Assembly: GCA_965202585.1 (NCBI GenBank)
Contig: OZ241826.1
Location: 35,650,001-35,714,000 of the forward strand
DNA: 64,000 nt
Reading direction: 5' to 3'
DNA from: Thalia democratica
Taxonomy: Eukaryota
The position numbers and the translations under genes were made by a program. Shown piece after piece: positions 38,001 to 50,212 of this stretch (position 1 is the stretch's first letter; each line of letters begins with the position of its first letter). A model generated the notes under the pieces. The model was not told where the DNA came from. It saw nothing but the letters and a program-made list of their open reading frames with translations, and made no database searches.

Positions 38001-39315
38001 ATTTTTTTAACTAGGTTTTACTAGTAATTTTACAAAATATACAAAGTAGAAGTTGCCTAAAAATTATAATTCGTTCTAAGATTTAAGCTACCGGAATAAC
38101 AACTTGGATCTCAGTTAGAAAACTTTGTCGACACTTTTTTATACATCTAGGTGCAGAATTTTATTGGCAAAAAAACACACTTTTTACTTTATCATATTCT
38201 CATTTTTTAAAAATTAAAATCCTAAAATAAACTTTAGTGTATGTTGTTTTACTATCAGAGAATAGTATTTTGAAACCTCACATTATATAACTTTGTTATA
38301 CTTAGTACAATGATTTCCATGACTTACCATGATTAGAGTTTTTGTAAACCTAGCAGTTGCATTTGATGTACGTTCTTACACAGTGATTATCGTACGTTTA
38401 AGTCAACCAAATATTTGTTGAAACTGTAACTCATGTGATTCAATCAGTTGTAAGATGTAAAACTTGTGACGTAATTGTTTATCAGTAGCCACATGACGAT
38501 CTAAGTTTAAGACATTTCCGCAGCTATATTTACATTATATGTTTAAAACTAAACTTAAAACTGGCAAATAACTAACCGTAAAAAATTTAGAAACAAGCCT
38601 GATGTACTAAAACACTTTTATCAAAAGTAACTTACAGTTCAAAATTAAAACAATTTTTAGTAAAAATAGTTTTTAAAACTTCTTCATTACGTAAAAAAAT
38701 CATTATTAAGAGATTTAGTGAGTCTTGTTTTAAAATAAGTTTGTATTACATTTATCTTTCACAAGCAAATTTGTTAAAACTGACTTCAGGCCGGGATTTT
38801 AGTTGATTGTTCAATTCATAGCTTGATGATCCGTATTGAAAGTTGGTATAATACTACCAAATAAAAAAAATTAAGAACAAATTTAAAGAACAACCAGACT
38901 TGTACACGAAACAAATAATGTTTTATTATAAACATCCACTACTACCATTTAAAAGAAGACAAACAAGTTCATACTAAGTAAAACATACTTATAAATACTA
39001 TAAATCAAAAGCTATAACAAAAAACACAATTGCAGGTCAAAACCTGCTAAATGAAAAATTCATTAAAAATATAGTTTTACAAAATTTCAAAACAAGAGAT
39101 ACTACTTTACCTATTACTTTATACCTCCTACCTAGTTTTTTTAAATTAAACCAAATGTTTAAATAAAACAACTTACATAAGTCTATCGGTTCAATGTAGT
39201 TTGTTTTTTCATAGTTTATTCATATCTTTAGTTTAATGAAATGTTAAGTATTAAAATAAATACAAACTAGAACCGAGTGATTTTGATATTTTCGTTTTGC
39301 TAGTCTACGTTGATC

Positions 39316-40055
39316 GAACATACAGTAGCAAGCTAGGAAGAAGCATACAGTAGCAACTATGAACGAATATACAATAGCAAGCTAGGAACGAGCATACAGT
39401 AGCAACTATAAACCAACATACAGTAGCAAGCTATGAACGAGTATAGAGTAACTGTACACGGGTCATATTCGCTCGAAGACGAAATTACACAAGGGCACTA
39501 AATTGCACGTGGGCGCAAAATTGCACGAAGACAAACTTGCAAGAGTGGACTAAATTGCACGAAGACCATTTTGCACCAAGAGTTAATTTTGCAAGATTTA
39601 CATTTTTGGACGAGAGTAAAAATATTAATAACAAAAATATATTAATAAAAAAAAAGAATATACAAAAATAAATCAACTAAAATAAAAAAATGCTACCGAC
39701 CGAGGGTAATGATTAGAGGTAACAGTGAAAGTAAAAAAAATAACTAATCAAAAAAAAGAGTTACCGACCGCGAGTAAGAGTTAGGGATAACTGTGACAGC
39801 AAAAAAAAAATACAAAATATATATAAGATACAACTTATTAAAAAAATTAAAAAAAGAAATTCAACCCCTGAAAAAATATCTCCGTGCAAAATTGTCTGCT
39901 CGTCCATAAGTTTCTTCGTCAATTTTGTGCCCTCGTGCAATTTTGTACGCAAGTGCAAATTTGACAGCTACCGACAATAACTATCTTTGAACGAGCGTAC
40001 AATGGTAAGCTATGAACGAGTATATAATAAGTAATAACAAGCTTTGAACGAGCTT
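39316..40055. repeat. 24/25-bp alternating minisatellite (49-bp dimer), interrupted by a MITE
   Basis: GAACGAGCATACAGTAGCAACTAT (24) alternates with GAACGAATATACAATAGCAAGCTAG (25). About six units at 39316-39453 and about three decayed units after 39973. Confidence 0.85.
39454..39972. mobile_element. Mutator-like MITE (TGCACGA subterminal type) inserted in the minisatellite
   Basis: AAATTGCACGA repeats on the left and TCGTGCAATTT on the right. End GTGCAAATTTGACAGCTACC. TACCGACCGAGGGTAA core. Confidence 0.75.
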
Positions 40056-42093
40056 GCACTTGCTAGCTTATACCATGTGACTTCACGCTTGAGTAAACAT
40101 CAATGCTCAATTTTTGTAGCGTTCGAGTAAAATTTTGCTTTGTAAACTGACCAAACAAAGTATTTAAACGAGCACTTTCAAGCTGCATGGCAGAATGTTT
40201 AACGCTTGAGTGCACATCGTTAGTAATACATAGTGATATGCAGTTATCCTTACATCCCCTTGCGGACATTATTATGAATGGTAAATAGTCTACAAGCATT
40301 GATGCTTTAACTATTAAAGTTTATCATTTGAAAGCTGTAAGTTTTGTTGACAAATCACTACTTTATAAACCTTGTTTGACTATTCGCTTAAAAGACTTTT
40401 AAGTTTCATATGAAATTTAAAGAAGTTAAGTCTAAGCCAGAGTTTTCAAAAGTTGGCAATAACTATTAAAGCGGCGAAAAATTAAACGAACAATGAACTA
40501 GTAAGTGGACGTAATCTAATAAATGGGGCAATTATTTCTTAATTTAAGCCAAGGGGTCGTTTATGAAAATAAGTTAAGGAGATCCTTGTAACTTTGTTAG
40601 TAAAAATACGGCAAAGTAAAAATATGGCTTAAACTATGTAAAATATAACTGCATTGATTGTGTTTCTATTCATTATCAGTTTTTTTAACAGATATAAATA
40701 ATCAAAGGAATTTTTTTAATATAAGAGTTGACTTTCGTGTTTCAAAAACATTACTTAATTAAGCTTTAAGTAGTTTAATTACATTTTGTTTAACTAGTTT
40801 TACTACTTATGTCAAATGCTTTTAGTTCTAGTCATCTATGTTTATATTTTATATTTTGAAATGTAAATTTATTAATTTTAAAAAAAATTTTTAGCCAACA
40901 ATTTGATTAACTTAGATTTATTAATATATGAACTTTTTTTACTTTTTGGTTTCTTTAAAAATGCTGTAGTAATAAAATAAAGGAGTATATAAAAATATTT
41001 TCACAATAATTTGTTTGCTCCCATTGAATTTTATTAAACTTATGGGAATTCTTTATAGGTGTATATATTTTTAGCTAAAATATTACAAAATACATAGTTA
41101 TGTAAACTATTTTATGTCTAAGTAAGTTATTTTTAATAAAAGGAAATTAAATATCTAACCTAAGTCATATTTGAAGTCTAAGTTATAAATTTGAAATCTT
41201 TCCGTATTCTTTTATTCTTTTTGTTTTAAACTATACACAAATTAGCTATAAAATCTTTAAAACAAAAAAAAATAGTTAAATTACATAGACAAATCAACAT
41301 AACTATCTAAACAAGTTACAAGTAATAAATATCCCGAAAAAACACGATGCTAATAAAACTTAGTTTCATTTTTTAATTGTTATTCTTTTTTTTTTTATTG
41401 TACTTCTTTAGAATTTAATACGGTTTTTATATTCATATTACTACTACAACAAATAGTATGTTTTAAAGCGGTTAGCTTTAATTTTAGCACATATTATGAA
41501 TTAAAATCTAGTTAAAAAATTTCTTAGTTAATATTTCAAACCACTCTGAAAGTTCTGATGTTTTTTAGCTATCAGTTATTTACGGAATCCACAACCGAAA
41601 CCATCATCTAAAGTCAATATTCTAAAATAAAAAAATGTTTTTGTCAAAGTATAAGTCGAGTGAAAATTAATGCTCAATAAATGGTCAAACTGATTGTGAA
41701 AATAAATATTTTTTATATATTACCGGTATGATTGTCATACTTATTTGTCAAGAACCTTCTGGTGCTAAACAAATGGTCAAGCTGAATTAACTTAAGTGAT
41801 GTTCTAAATTTTGAATCAAACAAAATTTGAATATCATTAAATTTTAAATGATATGGTAAAAAAAAGGTTGTCTAGCCCAGAGTTGGTAAAATGCTAATAG
41901 TTACTATGGTAATTCAGCAATGAAGCGTATAAACTTTGGTTTGTTTTAAGTTAGTAATTTCACGCTCGAGTAAACAAAGCAGAGCTTTTTAACATGTCTG
42001 GTCTAGCCGAAATAAACTGATTGCTGATGCTTAAGAAATTGTAAAACAGAAAATTCTTTAAGTGAAGCTTTAAATACTGAACACAACAAAAGT

Positions 42094-42490
42094 GGGTAGA
42101 TGTCAAATTTGCACGGGCTACAGAATTGCACGAGCGCACAAAAGTGCACGAAGATACTTTTGCATGAGCAAACAATTTTGCGCAAAGACTTTTTTTACAT
42201 GGGTTAAATTTTTAATTATATATTTTTTTTAATTGAACTATTTTTTACTATTGCTGTTACTCAACCCTTACCCGCGGTCAGTAATTTTTTTTCTTTTTTT
42301 TTAGTTTTTTGTTTTTGTATTTTTTATTCTCGTGTAAAATTAACCCTTGGTGCAAAGTTTTTTTCGTGTAATTTTGTTCCCTCGTGCAGTTTTGTGCCCT
42401 CGTGCAAATTTTGTTCTGTCGCAATTTAGTCATTCGTGTAATTTAGTAACCTCGTGGAGTTTTGTCTTTGTACAATTTAGACCCGTTCCC
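42094..42490. mobile_element. Mutator-like MITE (TGCACGA subterminal type)
   Basis: GGGTAGATGTCAAATTTGCAC ... TTTAGACCCGTTCCC, with a 9-bp TSD AACAAAAGT/AACAAAATT (42085-42093, 42491-42499). Confidence 0.8.
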
Positions 42491-42574
42491 AACAAAATTG
42501 CCTGTTCTGCTGTAGCTCACTACATTCAAAGTTACATCCAATGACTGATTAACTTTGGTTCGTTATGACCAAGC

Positions 42575-44260
42575 TTCTTCAAGCAGTGTCACACAAATGA
42601 ATAAGGTAGTTTAAGTTTGCCGCAATGTATGCGGATTTAAATATTCAGAATAATGCTAGAGTTTTGTGAAAAATACAATTTACTTGACGTAAACTATCTC
42701 AACCAGTGATGCGTTTGTTTGTGAGTTATGATGTAATTATTTATTACTTAAAGATTATTAAATTATGACGTCACTTTCTGAGAATACTGGCAGTGGTGTT
42801 TAGCTCACATATTAACTTTTGATACTTCTAATTTTTCATTAGATAATAGTCTAAAAGCCATTTTCAAAGTCCTGAAAATGCTTCATACAAAACTAAATAC
42901 TTAAAGATCTTGATGTACTTTAAAGTTGTTTAGATAAAAAAACAGCTCGTTAGTTTAATGTTTTTAAATTTAAATTGTTTAACACCAAAAGTTTTAGAAA
43001 ACTTCAACAAGTACAAAATATATAAACACTTATTTAATTTTTTTACAGGACGTGTTTTTGAGCTGAAGAAAAAACGAATTTTATTATAAATTTTTAATTT
43101 TTATGATTTAAAAAGTAAAAAAAAAACAGATGTCTTTGTAAAAGTCAGTTGGTTATTGATTCTTAAAATATAGTAAAACTGATTCAAAAAATATATACTT
43201 TAGAATGTTTCTCCATTGTTACTCTCTAGTCATTGAGCATTTAAAGTATAAAATAATGTTTTCACAGGACCTTCTGGTATATATAACGAGGAATGTTGAA
43301 AAACTCGGAAAGGGAAAAAGTTCAACAACCTAGCCAAAGAGATTCAGATCTCAAAGACTATAAAAAACCATTGCCCTTTTAATTGAGTGGAATTAACAGG
43401 TGACATAGTATAAGTCAATCGGTTGCTGGTAATTAACAAATGGTTAAGCTACATTAAATTTGAATGCATAGTTCTGTATTTTGAACTAAAAAAATTCAGT
43501 GATGTTTTAACTCACTAAATCCGACTTAACTTCCAATACCTGCATTGCTTCGTTTTTGAAAACAAAACCGCTTCAAGGATGGTGGCACTAAAGGTGCGAA
43601 GTAGTAATTAGTTCAAGATAGCCGCAGAGTATGCAGCTGTAAAAATTCGGATTCAACTGAATCTTGCTCGATCAGCTCAGATGTACAACTTTCACAGATT
43701 TCTCAATTTATTTTTATTAGTGACGCGTTTGTTTGTGGGTTATGACGTCATCATCAATTAATTAAAGATAATTAGATTATGACGTCACTTTCTGAGAACA
43801 TTGTCAGTAGTGTTGAGGTTACTTACTGCTGATGTTACAGCTTTTAACATACAATATTCTAAAAACTATAGAGTTTGAACTAATTCTTCACATAAATTTA
43901 AATTTTTTTTTTATCAAGTTGTAATTTAGACAGATCTAGACAAAAAATAACAACTCGTTAGTTCAATGTTTGTAAAATATTAAGCACAACAAGTTTAAGA
44001 AAACATCAGTAATACGAAACTTCAACTGTATACGAAAATTCTTGTTTGATATTGTTACAGGAGTCGTATTTGAAAGAAACAAAATTCGGATATCATTGTT
44101 AGGCTTCAAATTAAATGAAAAAAAATCAGGTGTCTAAACGTAAGTCCACTAGTAAATTGGTGGTTTATGAACAACTAAACTTTCGCAGAAATTAATATTT
44201 TGGTTTCTTTTACCAGCATAATTCTTTAGACATTGAAAGAAAACGTTCAAATTTATTTTA
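42575..44260 (+). repeat. ~1-kb-period tandem duplication carrying CRE+STAT-like motifs
   Basis: Colinear blocks GCCGCA..GTATGC (42619/43621), GCGTTTGTTTGTG.GTTATGA (42711/43725), ATTATGACGTCACTTTCTGAGAA (42762/43776) and CTCGTTAGTT (42948/43954). Confidence 0.75.
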
Positions 44261-47200
44261 GCACATTCCCTTCTGATGCTTGTAACGAAGATGTTTAAAA
44301 GTTTCTATCTTATCTAGAAGATTCATATCTCATCGACTAAAAAGTGAACTAAATACCTTTAAAGTATCTTAAGATTTCCAAAGTTAATATTTTTTTCTTT
44401 AAAAAACTCCAACTAGATAAATTACACAATATATATAATATTAGACTTTAGTCAATAAATAAAACAATTAAAAAAAACATTTGTTTGTTAATTTATAAAG
44501 TCTTATAAACTTTTAAAACTAACACAAATTGTTCTAGATATATAAAGCAACAAAATATTAGTCTTAGGACTTTTTATGTAGGTTTTTATACACAATTTCA
44601 GTATATATGATACAAATGTTTGCTATTAAAGAGTCTTTTTATAACAGAAATTGTTTTAGTTTAGCAAGCACTAAACTCCGCTTAATTTGAGATAATTTTT
44701 TATATAGTATATATTTAATTTTAAAATAGCATATGACTTAAATTACATTTTAAACCTTATTAATGTTTTAAAAATGTACAAGGTTTAAGGTGAAGTATTT
44801 ACTCTAACATGAATAAACTCCACTATTTTTAAAGTTTAGCTATGTATACAAAACATTTTTGTACTTAGAATATGAAAAACGAATTCACAATTAGTAAATA
44901 AAAGTGTTAAGTTTGAAAATTGTATATATTTTGTACACAATTGATAACAAATGTAGCTTGTTTTGGTCGTTTTTATAATCTGCGTAAGATTAAAACATTG
45001 TATGATGCTTTTTACGGTTTTAAAAAACAAACAATAAAGTTTTCGAAGTACTTTAAGAATTAACTTATAACAAAACTAAAATATGTAGAACTAAGCAACG
45101 CATATAAAATTTTTTTACTTACTTAACTTTTAACAAAAAACCGTCCTTAATATTCTGTATAAACTACGTATATACTAAACCACTAGTAAGATTTTTGCTT
45201 AATAAAAGAGGTATACTCTTAAGATTATTGTAACTTTAGACAAGACAAAATAATTTTTTAGCTTCAATCAATTATGGTATCGTGTGATTAACAGCTTGTA
45301 TGATATCATATTTGTAAACAAGCTGAGATATATAATTGGTCTAGTATGTAAAACTTATTTGTGCTATTGCATACGTATTAGTAAATATGTGTATTAGTAT
45401 CAAATTTTCTACTACTGAATACGTGAAGTAAGTATATAAAAGCTTCTTAGGCAAGGTAGCAAAAAGTATTTTGTTCAAAAAAGCAGCTCTTAGCCATCTG
45501 ACTTTAACTAGTTGTTTGTTTTTTAATTATTTTTTGAAAAGCAAAAAGTATAGCAAAAAACAAAGGCTTGTTATAAAAATTTAAATAAAACGCTGTTGAA
45601 ACAAATATAAGTAACAAAATCGAAGACATATTTATAAATTAAAACAAATAGATTTTTTTTACATAATATGATTGTTATTATTTTGATTAGTAGATATGCA
45701 TTGGCATATTGCAATATGAAAAGAATAATCAGTAAGTACTTTTTACTCAAGTTGTTTATCATTGAATATTTACTTATATCATGGATATATTGTAAACAGA
45801 AAAACGTAATTGTTTTGACAAAAGTTGTTTAGATATTTTCTTGACTTAGTTTCATGTATAATTACGAAATAACGAACTTGTTTACTTTATATCTTTATCA
45901 TCTTAAAAATAATAAAAGGCTTTATTACAGTACATAAAACATTTTTTTAATAGTTCTGTAGTTTATCTAAACAAAAAACATTACTTGATATACTTATACC
46001 ACACCATTGAGTTAACTACTTTTGAACTTATCAATTAACTGATAAACTTATGAAAATAACTGTAAATTTTCAAATTAAATTAATTTTCATGAAATGTAAT
46101 AATACTTTGAATAATAACTCTAGCCATTTTAATTATAACTAATTTTAAAATGAAACTTTGATAAAATGGTACATAACAATCGTTATATGTAATTCTAAGT
46201 TACAGTTTAAATAAGTTAATAAACACAGTTTTGATACCTTATTTTATAAACTAGTCGTCCTTTTTAAACACATTTTGATATTAGGCTTAGATTGTTCTAG
46301 GTCTTTTAGTTTAAAAAATACCATAAACCTTAAGTAACGAACAAATATGTTTTAATAAAAGACAACACGTATTTATTGTCGAAAAGTTAAAAATTTTGAC
46401 GGGTTTTTTAGAGGCTATGGTTAAAACTAAAATGTATACGTTTTTGGTTGCCTTATTATATATTAGTTTAATTGTTAAATAATATATTTTAAATTTTGTA
46501 TATTAATTCAATTCACACTTTAGTTTAGTTATTACAAAGGGTTAACATAAAAACCAATGCTTTTAAGTAGATGTAAAAAATTTTTGAATTAAAAAAAGTT
46601 ACTTTTTGTTAGTAACTTACTAATTTGCAATAAAAAAACTACCACTTTATAGATATTTAGGAATTTGTATAATAAAACAGCTTTAATTCGAAAATAACTA
46701 TGAATAAATTCGTTATTTCAACAACAATGCATTTTTGTCATTCTAGAAAAAAGCTTTTTTTTGAATAAAAAAGAAATGTCTTATTTGTAATATTTGTAAC
46801 AAGACACACTTTTTCGTTTATTGTTTATTGTAAGTGGTTGTAAAATATTTACCGAGTTGCCGACTAAAATAGTCTGCTGTAAAAAGTACAATTTATTCAG
46901 TAAACCGACTTTTTGACCTATGAAATTATGTTTTTTATTTAAGTTTTACAAATCAAATCGTAGACGAAAATGTTTAATGTTATATATTAATTTTCATGTT
47001 AATAAAATATGAATTTTAATCTCTGCACAATTTAAAGTAATTTATTTTGTTTAAACTTGAATATGTATTATTTAAAAAAAAATATTTTAAAGCTTTACAT
47101 ATCAATTTGTTTTTTCATTGTTTTTTTTGTACATAATACTTATTTCAACTTAAACTTTTTACAAATGCATCTTTAAACTCTGTCAGATTAATTATAGTTC

Positions 47201-47725
47201 ATTTTGTGTACTTTACTTTAGTCAATTACAATTTTAAAAAAATTTAGAAAGAAAATTCTTCGTAGACGTAAAAATTGGTAGTACTAAATTTACTTATTAA
47301 CATCTTAAACAAAAGCTAATAAAAAAATTACTATTTTATGTTGTCATTACAGTACTGTTTAGTAGTTTTTGAGTAAAAGTTGTGTTAGTTTTATTGAATT
47401 TCTACACGAGAAGCTTACGACATTCATAGATTTTTAGTAATTACATTTTTATTGTTATGAAATGATAAATAAAATTTATAAAACCTTTCTTCCGCATTTG
47501 TTGTTACTAAATAATTAAAATTTCTAAAATCGGTTATATTCAACGAACTTCTAAACTAAAATTAAAATGGTATTTAGTATTGAAAAAACTAATTAAATTT
47601 GAGGCTTTTCTCCTTTTAGCTTAACCATCTTATAAGCAGTGACAAGACTTTAAAACAAATATTCGCATAGAGTTGCGTGAGCTAGTTAACAAAACACTGT
47701 TTTAAAACTTAAAATTACTGTTTTG

Positions 47726-48604
47726 ATGTCAGAACAACGTTTCATAGTAGTAAACAAGTTAAAACCTTTCAAAGAAGCCATTGACGAATGTAAACACTTA
47801 CAGTCTTTTCTTGGTACTGACTTTACAGTTCAAAATGGTAAAATTGAGAACAAAATTTTAAATAAAAGTTTGCCGTTTAAGTTCTATCGTATTGGATTGA
47901 GCTTCAACAACAGCATAGGTACTTGGGCAAACAACGTAACTTATGACGAGAAAGTTAGGGAGAAAGTGAGAACTTTCACAGACAGATCAGGATACAAAGA
48001 AGTTGTTGTTTCTCGCGACGACAAGCATCTGTATTTAACTTCGGCTGAGAAAAAGTACGGGTTCATATGTGAGAAAAATAACGAATTCAGTACCTCTCGT
48101 CTTAACACCACCAATACAAATAAAATAAATACCAGTGCTAGCAATCTGACTTGGTTGTTTTTACTTCTGCCTGTTTTGGTAGTAGCAGTAGTTGCAACAA
48201 TCTTTATTGTAAAAAAAAATAGGAGAAAGAAAAAAGTGCGAAGTCAATTGGAGCATTACAGAGAAGCAGGGTTGAAAAACTCAATGAGCAATCCAACGTA
48301 CATGTCAATCGAACTTTTGCACGGTGAATCTCCTACATACGAAACCATTCAAGAACCTTTCAACAAATTCCCCACGTATGAAAATGTTGGAGAACCTTTG
48401 AACGAATTTCCTTCATTTGAAATTGTTGGAGAACGTTCTAACGATCGTAGGTCTTCCTTGATGGCTGAAACGAATTTAGCTTTGAATTTCAGGGCTGAAA
48501 GTAAAGATTCGTCATTAGTACCAAGTACGGTTAACTGTGGCGATAAACACAAGGAAATTGAGGATTTGTATTCAGTTGTTAACAAACCCAAAAAGAAGCA
48601 GTGA
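47726..48604 (+). CDS. Single-pass membrane protein: divergent C-type-lectin-like domain, Asn/Thr-rich stalk, TM helix, tyrosine-motif-rich cytoplasmic tail
   Basis: CTLD hallmarks: F..A..EC......L, YRIGL (WIGL-like), terminal FICEK. Six N-glycosylation sequons before the TM segment WLFLLLPVLVVAVVATIFIV, followed by a basic KKNRRKKK stop-transfer. Tail contains NPTY, YMSI, YETI, YENV and YSVV. No signal peptide in this ORF. Confidence 0.8.
   Translation: MSEQRFIVVNKLKPFKEAIDECKHLQSFLGTDFTVQNGKIENKILNKSLPFKFYRIGLSFNNSIGTWANNVTYDEKVREKVRTFTDRSGYKEVVVSRDDKHLYLTSAEKKYGFICEKNNEFSTSRLNTTNTNKINTSASNLTWLFLLLPVLVVAVVATIFIVKKNRRKKKVRSQLEHYREAGLKNSMSNPTYMSIELLHGESPTYETIQEPFNKFPTYENVGEPLNEFPSFEIVGERSNDRRSSLMAETNLALNFRAESKDSSLVPSTVNCGDKHKEIEDLYSVVNKPKKKQ
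48329..48445 (+). repeat. 39-bp coding tandem repeat x3
   Basis: SPTYETIQEPFNK / FPTYENVGEPLNE / FPSFEIVGERSND. Confidence 0.85.
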
Positions 48605-49965
48605 ATTTGTGTAATTAAGCTGTATATGTCTATTTTTTATAAACACTTGCAGTAAATAATTTTTAGATTTTAAAGGTAAAATATTTCCATGTAATACTAG
48701 TTCGAGTTATATTTTGTTTTATTAACTACAAAAAGTTATTTTAAAAAAACTGTTTTGTCAACATGAAATTATTATTTTACTCTTAAAATATAAATACTTT
48801 GTAAACTAAATTGATATATTAGTTACAAATAAGCTTTTTTTTTTAGTGTTTAAATTTTTCAATCAAACTTAAATAAAGTAAGAAAAGAAATATTTTTTAT
48901 TTTTTATATGTGCAGTTTTTTATTACACACTTGTTTTTAACTGATACTTATAACGAAATACTGGTTATTACTTTATTCCTAAAAAAAGTTATTTGATATT
49001 TCGAATTTAGGAATGCTTTTATAAAACATAGCGATTATAATTTCAATATAAAAGACTTATCTTTATAAAACTATTAGTTAATGGTTATTATATATACGTA
49101 AAGGAATTGAATTTTTAAATTCTTAAACTATATAATGTTACCTAAAATTTGCTAATTGCTTTCATTTAAAACTGTTGGTTATGTAAACTTAAATGAAGTA
49201 GTAAAATTAAACTTTAAAATAAATTTTTAACTTTAAAACTCGAATCTTTTTACTAATTTAAAAACAAAAAAATGCAATGTGAAAAATATATTAAACATAG
49301 ATTAACTTTACTAGAGGAGTTTGAAAAAATTTTGACAGATCAATAAATGTTATATTTGTAAGAAAAATTAATTACAATAATGAATACAAATATATTATAA
49401 TAAAGAAGTTGTTTTCCACTTCTGTACAAACGTCTTATATTTAACAAGTATTTTTTTATAATTTTATATTAAATTAAATTTATTTTAAGACCATGTATCT
49501 CAAAACTAAAGCTCATTATTTATTGCACTTAAAGCTCTGTGAATTATAAATAAACTGAATAAGCTACATATTTAGCGTTGTTTCGTTTTCAATTTTTTTT
49601 TTGTTATAAAACAAACTTTAGTATTAAATATAAAACTAACTAAACAAATTAGTTCATCACTAAAATTTTATTTGTATTATTTATAAAAATAGTTTTGTTT
49701 GTGTGTTATTTTAATAAGACATCGTTCTAAAATTAAATAAGAGAGTATTTAAAATCAAATATTAAGACTATAGTAGAAACATATTAAACAATTAAAAAGC
49801 TAATGCAGTTAAAAACTACAGAGTTTTTAACAACCACAAAAATTAATAAATTTTTCTGAGCTTGAATGTAAACTCAATAAAAATTGTTTTAACATTACCA
49901 GTGCTTTAACAAAAATAACTTGTCATGAAATTATTTCTTACATTTTCAGGCATATCAGACTAGAT

Positions 49966-50212
49966 CAGAGTTTTCTTAAATGGGCCAACTGACCCCTTGG
50001 TGCCATTGTATAATAAAGGGGGTCATAAGCAGTGAAGGGGCCATGAGGTCATAACTTAAAACTTACACTAGATATTCTGGATTAGATAATGAAGTGCCAA
50101 AAAAAGTCTAAGGTGTTTTAATGTTAGTTCTTTTTAACCTTTGTGGAGTGAGCCATAACTTTTTTAAATTCTTTAAAGTAGGTCTTTCGAATTTTTTTTT
50201 TTGGATATTCTG
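49966..50212 (+). mobile_element. hAT-like MITE, family 1 (paralogue of 8978-9236, so it predates the duplication)
   Basis: Same position within copy B as the 8978 element within copy A. CAGAGTTTTCTTAAA ... GATATTCTG. Confidence 0.6.

Noticed and set aside
39316-40055. CRISPR-like array
   Set aside because: Units are adjacent with no unique spacers, there are no cas genes, and the context is eukaryotic.
18487-42544. Short ORFs at 18487, 18850, 39485, 39761, 41960, 42003 and 42347
   Set aside because: They overlap MITEs or low-complexity T-rich DNA and give Phe/Ile/Leu-biased, spurious translations.
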